Source: Octopus bimaculoides (lineage: Eukaryota). From it: a stretch of DNA of 64,000 nucleotides. The notes beneath the pieces were generated by a model, which was not told the DNA's origin, ran no database searches, and saw only the letters and a program-made list of their open reading frames with translations. The stretch lies in contig NC_068982.1 of NCBI RefSeq assembly GCF_001194135.2, forward strand, positions 27,669,085-27,733,084. The letters run 5' to 3'. This document shows, one piece after another, positions 63,732 through 64,000 of this stretch (the first letter of the stretch is position 1; every line of letters begins with the position of its first letter). Made by a program: the position numbers and the translations under genes.

Positions 63732-63807
63732 TAATTAGGAACTCGTACCGAAAGATCGCCATATCATTGCTATTCATGATAAAGATAACTTTCATGAAAA
63801 TATATTT

Positions 63808-63823
63808 GGCCCTGAAAAGGGCC
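63808..63823 (-). terminator. Histone mRNA 3' stem-loop (inverted copy)
   Basis: Minus strand GGCCCTTTTCAGGGCC is the canonical histone stem-loop, 27 nt after the stop; CATGAAAG (possible U7-binding element) lies ~12 nt further on. Confidence 0.93.
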
Positions 63824-63850
63824 GATGATTTCTGGAAATACACCAAGTGT

Positions 63851-63955
63851 TTATTCGCTGCTAGTGTATCTTGTAACTGACTTCGTACCCTCAGATATTG
63901 CGTGTTTGGCTAATTGGCCAGGAATCAAAAGCCGAATAGCATTTTGAATTTCTCG
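63851..63955 (-). pseudogene. H2B: Histone H2B C-terminal third, inverted
   Basis: Minus strand translates [34 protein letters not shown]. Confidence 0.93.
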
Positions 63956-63973
63956 ACAGCAGTCGAGAACTGT

Positions 63974-64000
63974 CGAGAAATTCAAAATCCTATTCGGCTT
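63974..64000 (+). pseudogene. H2B: Histone H2B C-terminal third resuming in forward orientation (runs off window)
   Basis: CGAGAAATTCAAAATCCTATTCGGCTT = REIQNPIRL, a mirror of the inverted copy with one mismatch. Confidence 0.8.

Noticed and set aside
1-64000. CRISPR arrays, rRNA genes, prokaryotic operons
   Set aside because: None seen; the sequence is eukaryotic with spliceosomal introns, and its recurring motifs are dispersed SINEs and microsatellites.

Overview
AT-rich, repeat-dense animal genomic DNA. The repeat landscape and C2H2 zinc-finger style point to an octopus/coleoid cephalopod (inference). Four protein-coding loci are supported. (1) The last two exons of WDTC1 (+). (2) RNPS1 (-), with five coding exons resolved and the 5' end unresolved. 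(3) EEF2KMT/FAM86A (+), head-to-head with RNPS1; seven coding exons were found and one expected exon probably lies in the N-gap. (4) A single-exon 780-aa C2H2 zinc-finger gene (+) with 23 intact and 4 degenerate fingers. At the right edge is an orphan, divergent histone H2B pseudogene with an intact histone promoter, a nonsense codon and an inverted duplication of its 3' third including the histone stem-loop. Introns and spacers hold a full-length dead mariner, CR1-, RTE- and Penelope-type retroelement remnants, several SINE families and several MITEs. The most unusual structures are a 747-bp foldback element with a 6-bp TSD and central inverted telomeric repeats, a ~680-nt intronic palindrome whose arms carry hammerhead-ribozyme cores, and the H2B fold-back. 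All alignments were done by eye; no databases were searched.
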